Shown here piece by piece: positions 1 to 9,439 of a stretch of DNA of 64,000 bases. This DNA comes from an uncultured Bacteroidia bacterium (GTDB taxonomy: Bacteria > Bacteroidota > Bacteroidia > Bacteroidales > UBA932): positions 4,643 through 68,642 of the forward strand of contig CACYCP010000057.1 in the NCBI GenBank assembly GCA_902772985.1, given 5' to 3'. The notes under the pieces are model-generated. The model did not search any database. It worked only from the letters and a program-made list of their open reading frames with translations, and was not told the DNA's origin. The position numbers were made by a program, and so were the translations under genes. Numbering within the stretch: the first letter of the stretch is position 1; each line of letters opens with the position of its first letter.

Positions 1-152
1 AATTCACGCACTTGCAGGTGTGTTTCGGCTGCACCGGAGGTCAGCATCGTTCGGTCTATTGCGCCGAGCACCTTGCCCGCCATCTAAGCGTCAAATACAA
101 CATAAAGCTTAGCATAGTCCATCGCGAATTGAACGTGGAAAAGATTTTGTAA
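1..152 (+). CDS. 3' end of RapZ C-terminal-domain protein (probably the Bacteroidetes phosphotransferase/AmgK-like-RapZ fusion), partial
   Basis: Frame 3 reads FTHLQVCFGCTGGQHRSVYCAEHLA...VHRELNVEKIL*. GCTGGxHRSV is the RapZ C-terminal signature. It lies directly upstream of a MurU-like gene. Confidence 0.8.
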   Translation, partial: FTHLQVCFGCTGGQHRSVYCAEHLARHLSVKYNIKLSIVHRELNVEKIL

Positions 153-153
153 G

Positions 154-873
154 ATGAAGGCAATGATTTTTGCGGCCGGGCTTGGGACGCGCCTGAAGCC
201 ACTTACCGATACCATGCCGAAAGCCTTGGTGCCGGTAGGGGGGAAACCGCTTCTGTATCATGTGATATGCAAGTTGAAGGATGCGGGCTACGACAGCCTG
301 GTCGTGAACGTCCATCATTTCCCCAAACAGATAAAGCAGTATTTGGCCCGTAACGACTTCGGCCTGCCCATAAGCATTTCAGATGAAAGCGGGATGCTTT
401 TGGAAACGGGGGGCGCCCTGCTTCACGCCAGGGAATTGCTGCTTCCCGCCGATGAGCCCTTCCTGGTGCATAACGTGGATATCCTGTCTTCCCTGAATCT
501 GGCGTGGTTCCGCTCACAGGCGCGGCCTGACGCGCTTGCAAGCCTTCTTGTGAGCGAAAGGGAAACCCGCCGATACCTTCTTTTCGACGAACAGATGCGC
601 CTTGTAGGCTGGACCGACATTGTTACCGGAGAGATCCGTTCGCCTTATCCGGACCTGGATGTTTCGGCCTGCCGCCGCTATGCTTTCGGCGGAATACACA
701 ATATCAGTCCGGATATTTTCAACGCCTTCGACCGGGCCGCCGTCCCTGAGCGCTTCCCCATAATGGATTTCTATTTGAAAGCCTGTGTCCAATACCCCAT
801 TTACGGAGTGCTTGCCAAAGGAATCTCCCTGGTGGATGTGGGTAAGCCGGAAACCCTTCAATCTATAGGCTAA
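154..873 (+). CDS. Nucleotidyltransferase, MurU-like (MurNAc-1-P uridylyltransferase family)
   Basis: MKAMIFAAGLGTRLKPLTDTMPKALVPVGGKP NTP_transferase motif, plus LETGG, HNVD and DVGK. Confidence 0.85.
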   Translation: MKAMIFAAGLGTRLKPLTDTMPKALVPVGGKPLLYHVICKLKDAGYDSLVVNVHHFPKQIKQYLARNDFGLPISISDESGMLLETGGALLHARELLLPADEPFLVHNVDILSSLNLAWFRSQARPDALASLLVSERETRRYLLFDEQMRLVGWTDIVTGEIRSPYPDLDVSACRRYAFGGIHNISPDIFNAFDRAAVPERFPIMDFYLKACVQYPIYGVLAKGISLVDVGKPETLQSIG

Positions 874-2086
874 GCTGCATTATTTCGGCCGGGGCGCGCC
901 CTGCGGCAAGCAGCTCCCTCATACGGTCGAAGTATGGGGCGGTATGGTCGAAAAAGTATCTGTACCCCTCGCACAATGTATTAACCCCGTTTGCCGCATT
1001 CCGGTGTTGCGGACATTCTCCATTGCAGGCGGGAAGATAAGGACAACGCTGGCATCGAAGTGGAAGGGATGTCCATTTCCGATAGGCGAAACGCTTCACC
1101 TTTTCGCTTTCCATAAGCTGCCTTATAGGCGTTTCCAGCACATTCCCTACGCGATACTTCGGATAGACGAAGTGGTCGCATACATATAAATCCCCGTTGT
1201 GTTCGATGACGGCATTCCCAATGCAACTTCGGCCGAAAACACAGACACCTTCACGGGCCCCGCACCATGCGGCAAGGGCCGAATCGAAAAGCTGGACATA
1301 ATAATTCCCCACGTCTTCCTTCACCCACAAATCAAATATATCCGTCATAAACTTCCCAAAACCTTGGGCCGATACCGACCAGAATGCCGGCGAAGCGCCT
1401 TCGGACAGTGGATCCACTATGAGCGGGCGTTGTTTCTTGCCGCGGAAACGAACGTATTCCACCACGGGGAGGAACTGCATGTAATGACTCCCCAGGTTTT
1501 TGAGAAACTTGTAAACCTGGGCTCCGTGACCCTCTGAAGCCTTGTTTACTGTGGTCAGGGTATTGAACTCTGCACCTTCATCTTTCAGGAATTGCAGGCC
1601 GCGGAGGACTTTGTCGAAGGTGGGACCTCCACCAGCGAGCAGCCTGTAGCGGTCGTGGATTTCAGCCGGGCCGTCTATGGAAAGCCCAACCAGGAACTGA
1701 TTGTCCCGGAAAAAGGCCGCCCACTCCCTTGTGAGAAGGGTTCCGTTAGTCTGGATGGAATTGTGAACTGTCTTTCCTGCAGCATATTTTTTCTGGAGCT
1801 CGACGGCCTTTTTGTAAAAGTCCAGTCCCAGCACCAGGGGCTCCCCGCCGTGCCAGATGAACTGGACTTCGGGGACATCGTTCGCCTCGATATAGGCTTT
1901 CGTTACCGCCTCAAGGACATCTTCCGACATACGCGGCTCGCGTCCGCCATAGATTTCGCCTTTGTCCAGATAATAGCAATAGGCACATCCAAGATTGCAA
2001 AGCGAACCGGCCGGCTTCAACATAATGTTGAAAGCCACGTTTCCGCTGAGCCTGGCCGCATCTTCTATATGGATGGTGTCTTGCAT
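863..2086 (-). CDS. Anaerobic sulfatase-maturating radical SAM/SPASM enzyme (anSME, ChuR-like)
   Basis: KPAGSLCNLGCAYCYY (CxxxCxxC), WHGGEP, SPASM cysteines CDHFVYP and CQRCPYLPACNGECP; start set at ATG 2086. Confidence 0.92.
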   Translation of the reverse strand: MQDTIHIEDAARLSGNVAFNIMLKPAGSLCNLGCAYCYYLDKGEIYGGREPRMSEDVLEAVTKAYIEANDVPEVQFIWHGGEPLVLGLDFYKKAVELQKKYAAGKTVHNSIQTNGTLLTREWAAFFRDNQFLVGLSIDGPAEIHDRYRLLAGGGPTFDKVLRGLQFLKDEGAEFNTLTTVNKASEGHGAQVYKFLKNLGSHYMQFLPVVEYVRFRGKKQRPLIVDPLSEGASPAFWSVSAQGFGKFMTDIFDLWVKEDVGNYYVQLFDSALAAWCGAREGVCVFGRSCIGNAVIEHNGDLYVCDHFVYPKYRVGNVLETPIRQLMESEKVKRFAYRKWTSLPLRCQRCPYLPACNGECPQHRNAANGVNTLCEGYRYFFDHTAPYFDRMRELLAAGRAPAEIMQLSL

Positions 2087-2181
2087 ATAGTTCAATTATT
2101 ATTTATACGGCGGCTTGCACAGCGCGGTTTATCAGTTTGTCTTTTGTTGACCTCGCAAAGATACTAAAAATGATACTATTT

Positions 2182-3744
2182 TTACAAATCCAGCAGATTC
2201 CGTCGGTCCAGAAAACGGTAACTGGCAGCTTCGGCAAGATGTTCGGGCCGGATATCCCGGCAGGCGGCAAGGTCGGCTATGGTGCGGGCAATTTTTATGA
2301 TGCGGGTATAGGCTCGGGCACTAAGTCCCAGACGCTCGATTATTTGTTCCAGAAGATTTTTGCATTCGTCATCCAAGGGACAGAATTTTTCCAGCATCTC
2401 ACCGTTCATTTCGGCATTTGCAAAGATTCCGCTTCCTTCGAATCGCTGGCGCTGAATATCTCTGGCTTTCATCACGCGGGCGGCAATCCAGGCCGAACTT
2501 TCGGCCTTTGCGCCCCTGATAAGACAACCCGTCGGCACTGGCCGGACGCGAAGCTGGATGTCTATCCTGTCCAGAATCGGCCCCGAAAGTTTGGAAAGGT
2601 AGGAGGCCCTTTGTCCTGGCGAGCAGGAGCATCGGTCGCCCTCGCCGTAATAGCCGCAAGGACAGGGATTCGAGGCCGCCACCAGCATGAAGGACGCAGG
2701 ATATTCTATCTTCGACTTCAGCCGGGAAATGGTTACTTTCCTGTCCTCAAGCGGCGCCCGGAGGGCCTCCAGCGTCGATTTCGGAGCCTCACAGAACTCG
2801 TCCAGGAAAAGTACCCCGTTCGTTGCCAGAGACACCTCTCCAGGAAGGATGTTTTCCCCGCTTCCTCCGCCCAGCATCGCCGCTTTCGAGGCCGATATAT
2901 GCGGGCTTCGAAAGGGCCTTGTACGCAGCAGGCCTGGTTTCCCGGCCGCTCGCCCTGCCACTGAATAAATCTTCGAACTAATGAGCGATTCTTCCAGCGA
3001 CATGGGAGGCAAGATACCGGCCATGGCCCTGGCAATCGAGCTTTTCCCGCTGCCGGGAGGTCCGACCAAAAGTACGTTATGGCAACCTGCCGAGGCTATT
3101 TCGACGCCTCGTTTTGCCCCTTCCTGCCCAATGATCCTTGCGAAATCCATATAGGCTCCGTCCTTTTTCACAGCGTTCTCTTCCATCGCTTGCCGATAGG
3201 CCTGGGTGTTCCACACGAGAAGGTCCGATACGTCCACCCGCCCCTCCAGGATGTCCAGCACATCGCCCAGGCTCCGCACGCCAAAAACAAGCGTTTTGGA
3301 ATAGTCCACCGCTTCCAGGGCCGATTGCTCCGGCAGTATGCATCCCTTGAAGCCTTGGCGTATAGCCAGTTCTACCATTGGCAGGGCACCGCACACGGGG
3401 CGAAGGCTGCCGTCCAGGCCCAACTCTCCCATTATAAGGTATTTTCCAAGCTCCGGAATGTCCCTTTGTCCCGAAGCGGCAATTATCCCCAGGGCTATCG
3501 GAAGGTCGTATCCGCTTCCTTGCTTGTGCATATCGGCCGGGGCCAGATTTATTACTATTTTCTTTCCCGGGATGTGGAAGCCGCAGGCCTGCAGGGCTGT
3601 TACGGTACGAAGAAGGCTCTCTTTGACGGCGGCATCGGCAAGGCCCACGAGATGGATTCCCACGCCAAGGGTTATGTCCACCTCTACGGTTATAGGCACC
3701 GCCTCGATTCCTACGCATTTCGCCGCGTGAATATACACCAGCAT
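2182..3744 (-). CDS. comM: YifB/ComM Mg-chelatase-like AAA+ ATPase
   Basis: NLAPAD, GELGLDG, Walker A GPPGSGKS, RPFRSPH, FLDEF, NPCPCG, LDRID, LSAR. Confidence 0.92.
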   Translation of the reverse strand: MLVYIHAAKCVGIEAVPITVEVDITLGVGIHLVGLADAAVKESLLRTVTALQACGFHIPGKKIVINLAPADMHKQGSGYDLPIALGIIAASGQRDIPELGKYLIMGELGLDGSLRPVCGALPMVELAIRQGFKGCILPEQSALEAVDYSKTLVFGVRSLGDVLDILEGRVDVSDLLVWNTQAYRQAMEENAVKKDGAYMDFARIIGQEGAKRGVEIASAGCHNVLLVGPPGSGKSSIARAMAGILPPMSLEESLISSKIYSVAGRAAGKPGLLRTRPFRSPHISASKAAMLGGGSGENILPGEVSLATNGVLFLDEFCEAPKSTLEALRAPLEDRKVTISRLKSKIEYPASFMLVAASNPCPCGYYGEGDRCSCSPGQRASYLSKLSGPILDRIDIQLRVRPVPTGCLIRGAKAESSAWIAARVMKARDIQRQRFEGSGIFANAEMNGEMLEKFCPLDDECKNLLEQIIERLGLSARAYTRIIKIARTIADLAACRDIRPEHLAEAASYRFLDRRNLLDL

Positions 3745-3745
3745 A

Positions 3746-4957
3746 CTACTCAATGCTTAGCGAGGTGAAATAACCGTCGAAATTAAGGCGGGAAAGCTGG
3801 TTGTCGACAAGCAGAAGGTGCTCGCCGTCGGGGTTATTCAGTGCGGCGGCAAAAACGCCTTTGTCGAAGTCCACGCAGCGTCCAGAGCTCAACTTATACT
3901 TCAGCGAGGGAACGTCCAGGGCCTTTCCATCCACAAAAATATGGTTTACAAGATTCCCGTTCAGAGTAATGTAGGCGCTTTTCCCTTCATTGTTCCACAG
4001 GTCCATTATTGGGTTGAGGCTGGTGACGGAAAAGCGGCTTTCACTTGCGCTCCTCAGCCAGAAACTGTAATTGCCAAAAGCTGTAAAAGTGGACATTCCC
4101 TTCACCAGAAGCTCGTTTCCGGCAGGTACAAGCTTGCAGTAATGGACGTTTTCACCCGTTGCGATTCCCAGCGAAAATATTTCATCGTCTTTTACAAGGG
4201 TAAGGCTGCCGGGAAGTTCCGGACGCTGTTCGGTGCGGTAAACGGAGCCGTTCAGGACGCGGATGTCATAAATGGAAAGTTCGTTTTCGGCAGGCAGCAG
4301 CTTGAAAAGCTGCGATTCTTTCATTATCCTATGCTCCCAGATGAAACGGTTGTCCCTCTTTTTAGGTACTCCATAGCTATAATAAATCCCTGTTTCATCG
4401 GCACAGAATGCTCCTCCGGGCCAACCCTGGTCATAAATTGAGCCAAAGATTGTCCCTGTTGCCGATGAAAATTTTTCCATTCCGTTCACCCTGTAGCACA
4501 GGCCCTCCTTTCCCTGGCGCTGCCCAAGGGTGTGAACGTCGTTCCCGGATTTATAAAAGCCCCGGAGGAGTTCCTCGCCGGCGAAACGGAAACGCTCCTC
4601 CCCGTTACAATATACGAAGGTGCTGCTGCCGTCAGTGTAGTCGCACCAAAGTTCGCCGCCTATTATCCTGTGCCTTTCCGGGTCGGCTTTTCCCAAGGCC
4701 GACAGGTGCAGAAGTTCGGCTCCGTTTTTGAAAAGGACCAGCTGGGTGTCCGGAGAGAAGCGGAAAGCAGTGACGTAAACGTCTGGTTTCGTCGGTACAG
4801 GAGCGGTAGAACTATCCTTCCTTTCCGGACTCCCTTCGCTGGCATATCGGCTGAAACGGCCTTGACCCCGCATATGGCGCGGGACGCTGTCCAATTGGGC
4901 TTTTTGGCAGGAGAAAAGCGCCAAAAGCAAAAGAATAAAAAAACTTGACTTGCACAT
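3746..4957 (-). CDS. Hypothetical lipoprotein
   Basis: 403-aa ORF with lipobox (LLALFSC) and beta-rich repetitive body; no family recognised. Confidence 0.75.
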   Translation of the reverse strand: MCKSSFFILLLLALFSCQKAQLDSVPRHMRGQGRFSRYASEGSPERKDSSTAPVPTKPDVYVTAFRFSPDTQLVLFKNGAELLHLSALGKADPERHRIIGGELWCDYTDGSSTFVYCNGEERFRFAGEELLRGFYKSGNDVHTLGQRQGKEGLCYRVNGMEKFSSATGTIFGSIYDQGWPGGAFCADETGIYYSYGVPKKRDNRFIWEHRIMKESQLFKLLPAENELSIYDIRVLNGSVYRTEQRPELPGSLTLVKDDEIFSLGIATGENVHYCKLVPAGNELLVKGMSTFTAFGNYSFWLRSASESRFSVTSLNPIMDLWNNEGKSAYITLNGNLVNHIFVDGKALDVPSLKYKLSSGRCVDFDKGVFAAALNNPDGEHLLLVDNQLSRLNFDGYFTSLSIE

Positions 4958-5024
4958 ATCTCACAACTTTTTCTGCCGCAAGGTGGCAAATGCCGGCAAA
5001 AAATGCCAGCACAATAAAAAAAGT

Positions 5025-5057
5025 TGTGTTGTTTTTGATGAATTATGTGTTGTTTTT
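5025..5057. promoter_or_regulatory. Direct repeat TGTGTTGTTTTT, 21-bp period, upstream of the lipoprotein gene
   Basis: Copies at 5025-5036 and 5046-5057. Confidence 0.5.
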
Positions 5058-5069
5058 TATGATTCGGGC

Positions 5070-5897
5070 TCAGAAAATCCCGAAAAAGGCCGAGCCGCTG
5101 CCGGACATGGAGGCATAAACCGCTCCTTCTCCATAGAGATTTTCCTTCACTCGGGCAAGCGAAGGATACTTCGCAAAAACGCTTGTTTCGAAGTCGTTCC
5201 TAAGATATTCCTTCCACTTTTCAAGCGGCAGGGAAAGCACTTCGCGCAAGGATTTTTCCGGAATTGCCGGGACAATTCCCTTATATGCGTCGGCGGTGGA
5301 AACGCTCACGTCTTCCGGCACGACAACTTTCAGCGCATAGGCCGATAAATCCAGCGGAAAGTCCTCCAGGACCTCTCCGCGGCCGCTTCCAATCATAGGG
5401 CGGTTGTAAATAAAGAAGGAGCAGTCGCTTCCAAGGCGGGCGGCATAGCCGGCCAGGGTGTCATCACCAAGCTCTAAGCCGGCAAGTATAGATATCATCC
5501 TGAGGGCGAAAGCGGCATCGGCTGAACCTCCGCCCAGGCCGGCACCCACAGGGGCGCTCTTCTCCAGGAAAATTTTCATCGGGGGAAGCTTGTAGTCGGC
5601 AGCCAGAAGGTAATAGGCCTTTGCACAAAGGTCCTGCAGCGGGTCCCAGTCTATTCCGCCTTTGCGGGCAATGCTTATCATAAGTTTTCCGTCCGGGGAA
5701 ACGGCCTGTGACACTTGTCCGTAGCGCTCTTTGAGTCCGGCGATAGTTTCGGAATAATCATCCCCGCAAACGACTTCCAGGCAGTCCAGGATGCCGAAAT
5801 AGGGGACGAAAAGGGTTTCCAGGTCGTGATAGCCGTCAGGGCGGCGCCTGAGCACGTTCAGGCCCAGGTTGATCTTAACATTTGGATGGCTTATCAT
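5070..5897 (-). CDS. ispE: 4-diphosphocytidyl-2-C-methyl-D-erythritol kinase
   Basis: PNVKINLGLNVL, GYHDLET, GAGLGGGSADAA, GSD, SMSGSGSA; ATG overlaps the upstream stop (ATGA). Confidence 0.95.
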   Translation of the reverse strand: MISHPNVKINLGLNVLRRRPDGYHDLETLFVPYFGILDCLEVVCGDDYSETIAGLKERYGQVSQAVSPDGKLMISIARKGGIDWDPLQDLCAKAYYLLAADYKLPPMKIFLEKSAPVGAGLGGGSADAAFALRMISILAGLELGDDTLAGYAARLGSDCSFFIYNRPMIGSGRGEVLEDFPLDLSAYALKVVVPEDVSVSTADAYKGIVPAIPEKSLREVLSLPLEKWKEYLRNDFETSVFAKYPSLARVKENLYGEGAVYASMSGSGSAFFGIF

Positions 5898-7081
5898 TTG
5901 CCCACGGAGAATCTCAGGCCGGCCTCGATGTCGAAGCGCAAGGGCTGAATTGTCCTGAGGGAACGGGGCTGAAGCTCTGTTCCGAAATAGTAGCGCACGG
6001 CCGGATCCAGATAAATGCCAAAGAAAGGATTGATCTTGAATTCGATACCTGCGCCAACCCCTGCCGACCATTGGGGTGCCGCCGTGCCTCTTTGGTGGAA
6101 ATGCACGTCCTTTGGCGAATTGTGAATCAGGTAGTCATTATCCACCAGGAATTCCACGCTGCCACCGGTGAAGACGTGCACGTTCCAGCGGCTGGTATTG
6201 ACTATGCTGAAATAGACGTTCAAAGGAACGCCAAGCCAGTGCTGCTGGTTGTCTATATCCCTGTTTTCCAGCGTAAAGCCCTGATTTGATACATAGTCTC
6301 CCACGAAGGTGCGCCCAAGGTTGGTGTAGCGCACCCCTGTGCCTATCCCCCAGCGCGGCGTGAAATTATAATTGATACCTATACCGGCCGAGAAAGGCAG
6401 GCGGAAGCTGACTTCGGGAGACTCGTTATAAATGCCTTCCTTGTTGGTGAAGGCTTCCGGAAGTCCGTGGGTACGACTGCCGGGAGCGATAGCGACTTCG
6501 CCTCTCTGGTTGCCTTGGACATTTCCGGAAACGGTGAAGGAAAATGCGTTTTGCCTGCGCCTGGAGCTGGCCGTTTCCGATGCTGCAAGGGCGTCCAGGA
6601 TGCGGCTGTCCTGGTCAAAGCCGTTCTTTTGTGCCGATGGGGCCTGTCCCTTTTCCTGAGGCACTGCGGGCACTGCGGGCACTGCAGCCACTTCTTCGGC
6701 CTCTTCTTTTTCTTCAGTGATAACAGGCTGTTCCACAGGCGTTTGCGCCGCGACGGGCACTACGGAATTCCTGGTGGGAATGGAATATACCTTGGTGGTA
6801 GGAAGTTCTTCGATGAGGGTACAGGGCTGGGAGGTATTAAAATCCAGATTCGCCAGCATAAGCGCAGGATTTGCGCTTGGCACCGAGGGGCGAAGGAGCA
6901 CAAGGGCTCCGGCCAGGACTGCGGCGGCCGCCACTGCGGCATAGCTCCACCGGCGTATGGTAACGACGCGTGCACGACGGGCAAGACCAGCCTGCACACC
7001 GCTCCATACGCCCGGAGAAACTGTTTCCGTGGCGTTTTGAAGAAGATTTCTTACCTGTATGTCAAAATCGTTCTCTTTCAT
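5894..7081 (-). CDS. Putative anti-sigma factor with internal TM helix and C-terminal outer-membrane beta-barrel
   Basis: N-terminal FDxxVRxxL...VW segment, one hydrophobic helix, P/E/A-rich linker, then alternating beta-strand pattern ending AGLRFSVGK; directly downstream of the ECF sigma gene. Confidence 0.75.
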   Translation of the reverse strand: MKENDFDIQVRNLLQNATETVSPGVWSGVQAGLARRARVVTIRRWSYAAVAAAAVLAGALVLLRPSVPSANPALMLANLDFNTSQPCTLIEELPTTKVYSIPTRNSVVPVAAQTPVEQPVITEEKEEAEEVAAVPAVPAVPQEKGQAPSAQKNGFDQDSRILDALAASETASSRRRQNAFSFTVSGNVQGNQRGEVAIAPGSRTHGLPEAFTNKEGIYNESPEVSFRLPFSAGIGINYNFTPRWGIGTGVRYTNLGRTFVGDYVSNQGFTLENRDIDNQQHWLGVPLNVYFSIVNTSRWNVHVFTGGSVEFLVDNDYLIHNSPKDVHFHQRGTAAPQWSAGVGAGIEFKINPFFGIYLDPAVRYYFGTELQPRSLRTIQPLRFDIEAGLRFSVGK

Positions 7082-7082
7082 T

Positions 7083-7595
7083 TTACGAGCCTTCTTTTAT
7101 CATTTCCTGCAAGCGGATTCGTGCCCTTTGCAATTTGGAACGCGAAGTGGCTTCCGTGCAACCCAACTCTTTTGCTATTTCCTTGTGGGAATAGCCTTCC
7201 ACAACATGCATGTTGAATACGGTTCTGGCGTCTGACGGAAGGGCTGCGATATAGCGCATCAAATCCCTGTATCCCATTTTTTGCACCGGCGTGACTTCTT
7301 CCGTGAACAGCCCGCGGGCCTGCTCGATGTCTTCACCCATATCCAGGGCGCTGGTGCGTCTGAGATGCATCAATGCAGTGTTGACAAAGATCTTTCGTGC
7401 CCAGCCTTCAAAGGAGCCGGTTCCCTGATAACTTTCCAGTTTTGTGAACAAAGTGATGAAGCCTTCCTGCAGGATATCTTCAGCATCTTCCCTATTGCCC
7501 ATGTACCGTAGGCACACCGCCATCATTTTGGGCGAAAGGAGGTCGAACAACTTCTTTTGAGCGTTTCCGTCCCCATCTTTGCAGGCTTGGACCAA
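7083..7595 (-). CDS. ECF RNA polymerase sigma-70 factor (start codon uncertain)
   Basis: DAEDILQEGF, FEGWARKIFVNTAL, GYSHKEIA, SRSKLQRAR; nearest in-frame start is TTG 7595. Confidence 0.9.
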   Translation of the reverse strand: MVQACKDGDGNAQKKLFDLLSPKMMAVCLRYMGNREDAEDILQEGFITLFTKLESYQGTGSFEGWARKIFVNTALMHLRRTSALDMGEDIEQARGLFTEEVTPVQKMGYRDLMRYIAALPSDARTVFNMHVVEGYSHKEIAKELGCTEATSRSKLQRARIRLQEMIKEGS

Positions 7596-7650
7596 CCGCT
7601 CTGCAGACGACGCGCCAACAGGAGATAGTTCATCTCTTGTCCAAGTAATA

Positions 7651-7677
7651 AGATGCAAATTTGACCAAAAACGTTTC
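7651..7677 (-). promoter_or_regulatory. Putative ECF autoregulatory promoter GAAAC-N16-GCATCT
   Basis: Minus strand GAAAC (7677-7673), 16 nt, GCATCT (7656-7651) just upstream of the sigma ORF; resembles ECF -35 AAC / -10 C(G/A)TC. Confidence 0.45.
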
Positions 7678-7780
7678 AACGGGTGTGAAATTTGTTCTAG
7701 CGAACACAAATTTCGAAAAAAATTCACAATCGTTCAAGTGTTTGTTGTATGTTTTTTGCAAAACCCGTAATTTTGTACGA

Positions 7781-9439
7781 ATGAAAAGAAGGTTCATATC
7801 CATCACTTTGTGCTTAATCTGTTCCCTGTGCGCCTTTGCCCAGGGGGTAGAGAACAATCTGATTGACGCAGTGACATATTACAGCAACGGCCAATATAAA
7901 AAGGCCGAAGCCATACTCCAAAGCCTGAGCCTTGCCGCTCCCGAGAACGATGCCGTGTGGTATTATCTGGCCATGACTCGCAGCCGTCTCCAGGAGACCG
8001 ACGCCGCCCTTGCGGCAATGGAAAAGGCCACCCAGATCGACAGCGGAAATTTCTGGTACCGCAGGACGCTTGCGCGCATGTATCTGGATTTCGGCAAGGA
8101 TGCCGAAGGCCTCTCGATGTACGAATCCATAGTCAAGGATTTCCCGGACAACAACTCTCCGGTTTACGAACTTCTGGACATATACCTTAAGCAAAAAGAG
8201 TTCGAAAAAGCCCTCTCGACGCTTCAGGACATAGAAACCCAGCACGGCCCTTCGGAGGAGGTGGCAAGGACTAAGTTCGAGGTCTATGCCTCCATGGGAA
8301 AACCGGAGGAAGGAGTGAAAGTGCTGGAGGATTTCAACGACAAATACTCCTCGCCCTCAATTCTTTCGATGCTTGGGGACTATTACCTTTCCGAGTTTTC
8401 GGATTCCCTTGCGCAGGCGGCTTATTCCGAGGCCCTGTCCCTTGACAGCAGTTATTTCCCCGCAGTCCTTGGCATGTCGGAGGTATATAGGCATAAACGG
8501 CGGTATGCCGATTATTTCGAGACGCTGAAGCCCTTCTTTGCCTCGGATGTCGTGCCTCCATCTACCAAGAGCATGTACATCGGCAATCTGTCACGCGGGG
8601 TGGATCCAAAGATTATACAGAATCACAGGGAAGGCTTCGACAATCTTATTTCGATGGCGGTCGATGTCCATCCCACGGACAGTACCCTGCTTTCTTCCGT
8701 CGGCTCGTTCTATTATACCACCGGGCGGGAAGCGCAGGCCGGGGATTGGTTCCGGAAGGCTGCCGATCTCTATCCGGAAAGCATTTCCCAGGTGGCAACC
8801 TACGTCCAGTACCTTTCGCTTATGCAGCAGTGGCCGGAGCTTAGGGACCGCGCAACGGCGGCGTTCAAAAGTTTCAAGCACCGGGCTTTCCTGGACTATG
8901 CCAACATTGCAAGTTACCAGCTGGACGATTTTGACTCGGTAATTGCGAATTGCAATTTCGTTCTGAAAGCCTTCCCGAATGATACGGAGCAACGCCTTGG
9001 CGCCTATTCCCTGATGGGGGATGCATATCACGCGAATGGAGACAGCAAGAGTGCCTACAAGGCCTACGAAAAGGCCCTGCGCCTGGATTCTTCCTATGCC
9101 CCGGTGCTTAACAATTATGCCTATTACCTGAGCCTGGAAGGGAAGAACCTGAAAAAGGCCTACAACATGTCCAAGAAAACCGTCGAGGCCGAGCCTGACA
9201 ACGCAACCTACCTTGACACCTTCGCCTGGATACTCCATCTTATGGGTAAAGACCTGGAAGCCAAACCTTTCTTCAAGCATGCCATGCTGTATGGCGGAAA
9301 GGACAGCGCCACCATAATGTATCATTATGCCGTTGTGCTGGAGGCTCTGGGAGAGAAGGACATGGCCCAGTTGTATTATAAGAACGCCCGCCAGAAGGAC
9401 ATGGCGAAAAAAGAGGTCAAGGAACTTTGGGAGGAATGA
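7781..9439 (+). CDS. Tetratricopeptide repeat protein, exported
   Basis: Signal peptide; TPR motifs, NNYAYYLS, YLDTFAWILH; usual neighbour of envC in Bacteroidetes. Confidence 0.88.
   Translation: MKRRFISITLCLICSLCAFAQGVENNLIDAVTYYSNGQYKKAEAILQSLSLAAPENDAVWYYLAMTRSRLQETDAALAAMEKATQIDSGNFWYRRTLARMYLDFGKDAEGLSMYESIVKDFPDNNSPVYELLDIYLKQKEFEKALSTLQDIETQHGPSEEVARTKFEVYASMGKPEEGVKVLEDFNDKYSSPSILSMLGDYYLSEFSDSLAQAAYSEALSLDSSYFPAVLGMSEVYRHKRRYADYFETLKPFFASDVVPPSTKSMYIGNLSRGVDPKIIQNHREGFDNLISMAVDVHPTDSTLLSSVGSFYYTTGREAQAGDWFRKAADLYPESISQVATYVQYLSLMQQWPELRDRATAAFKSFKHRAFLDYANIASYQLDDFDSVIANCNFVLKAFPNDTEQRLGAYSLMGDAYHANGDSKSAYKAYEKALRLDSSYAPVLNNYAYYLSLEGKNLKKAYNMSKKTVEAEPDNATYLDTFAWILHLMGKDLEAKPFFKHAMLYGGKDSATIMYHYAVVLEALGEKDMAQLYYKNARQKDMAKKEVKELWEE

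Noticed and set aside
2090-2140. SAM-II riboswitch-like words (CUGAU..AACCG..UGCAAGC..AUAAAU) in the leader of the radical-SAM anSME gene
   Set aside because: P1 cannot pair, and the UUU and GCUAAA triplex elements are missing; only cmsearch could rescue it.
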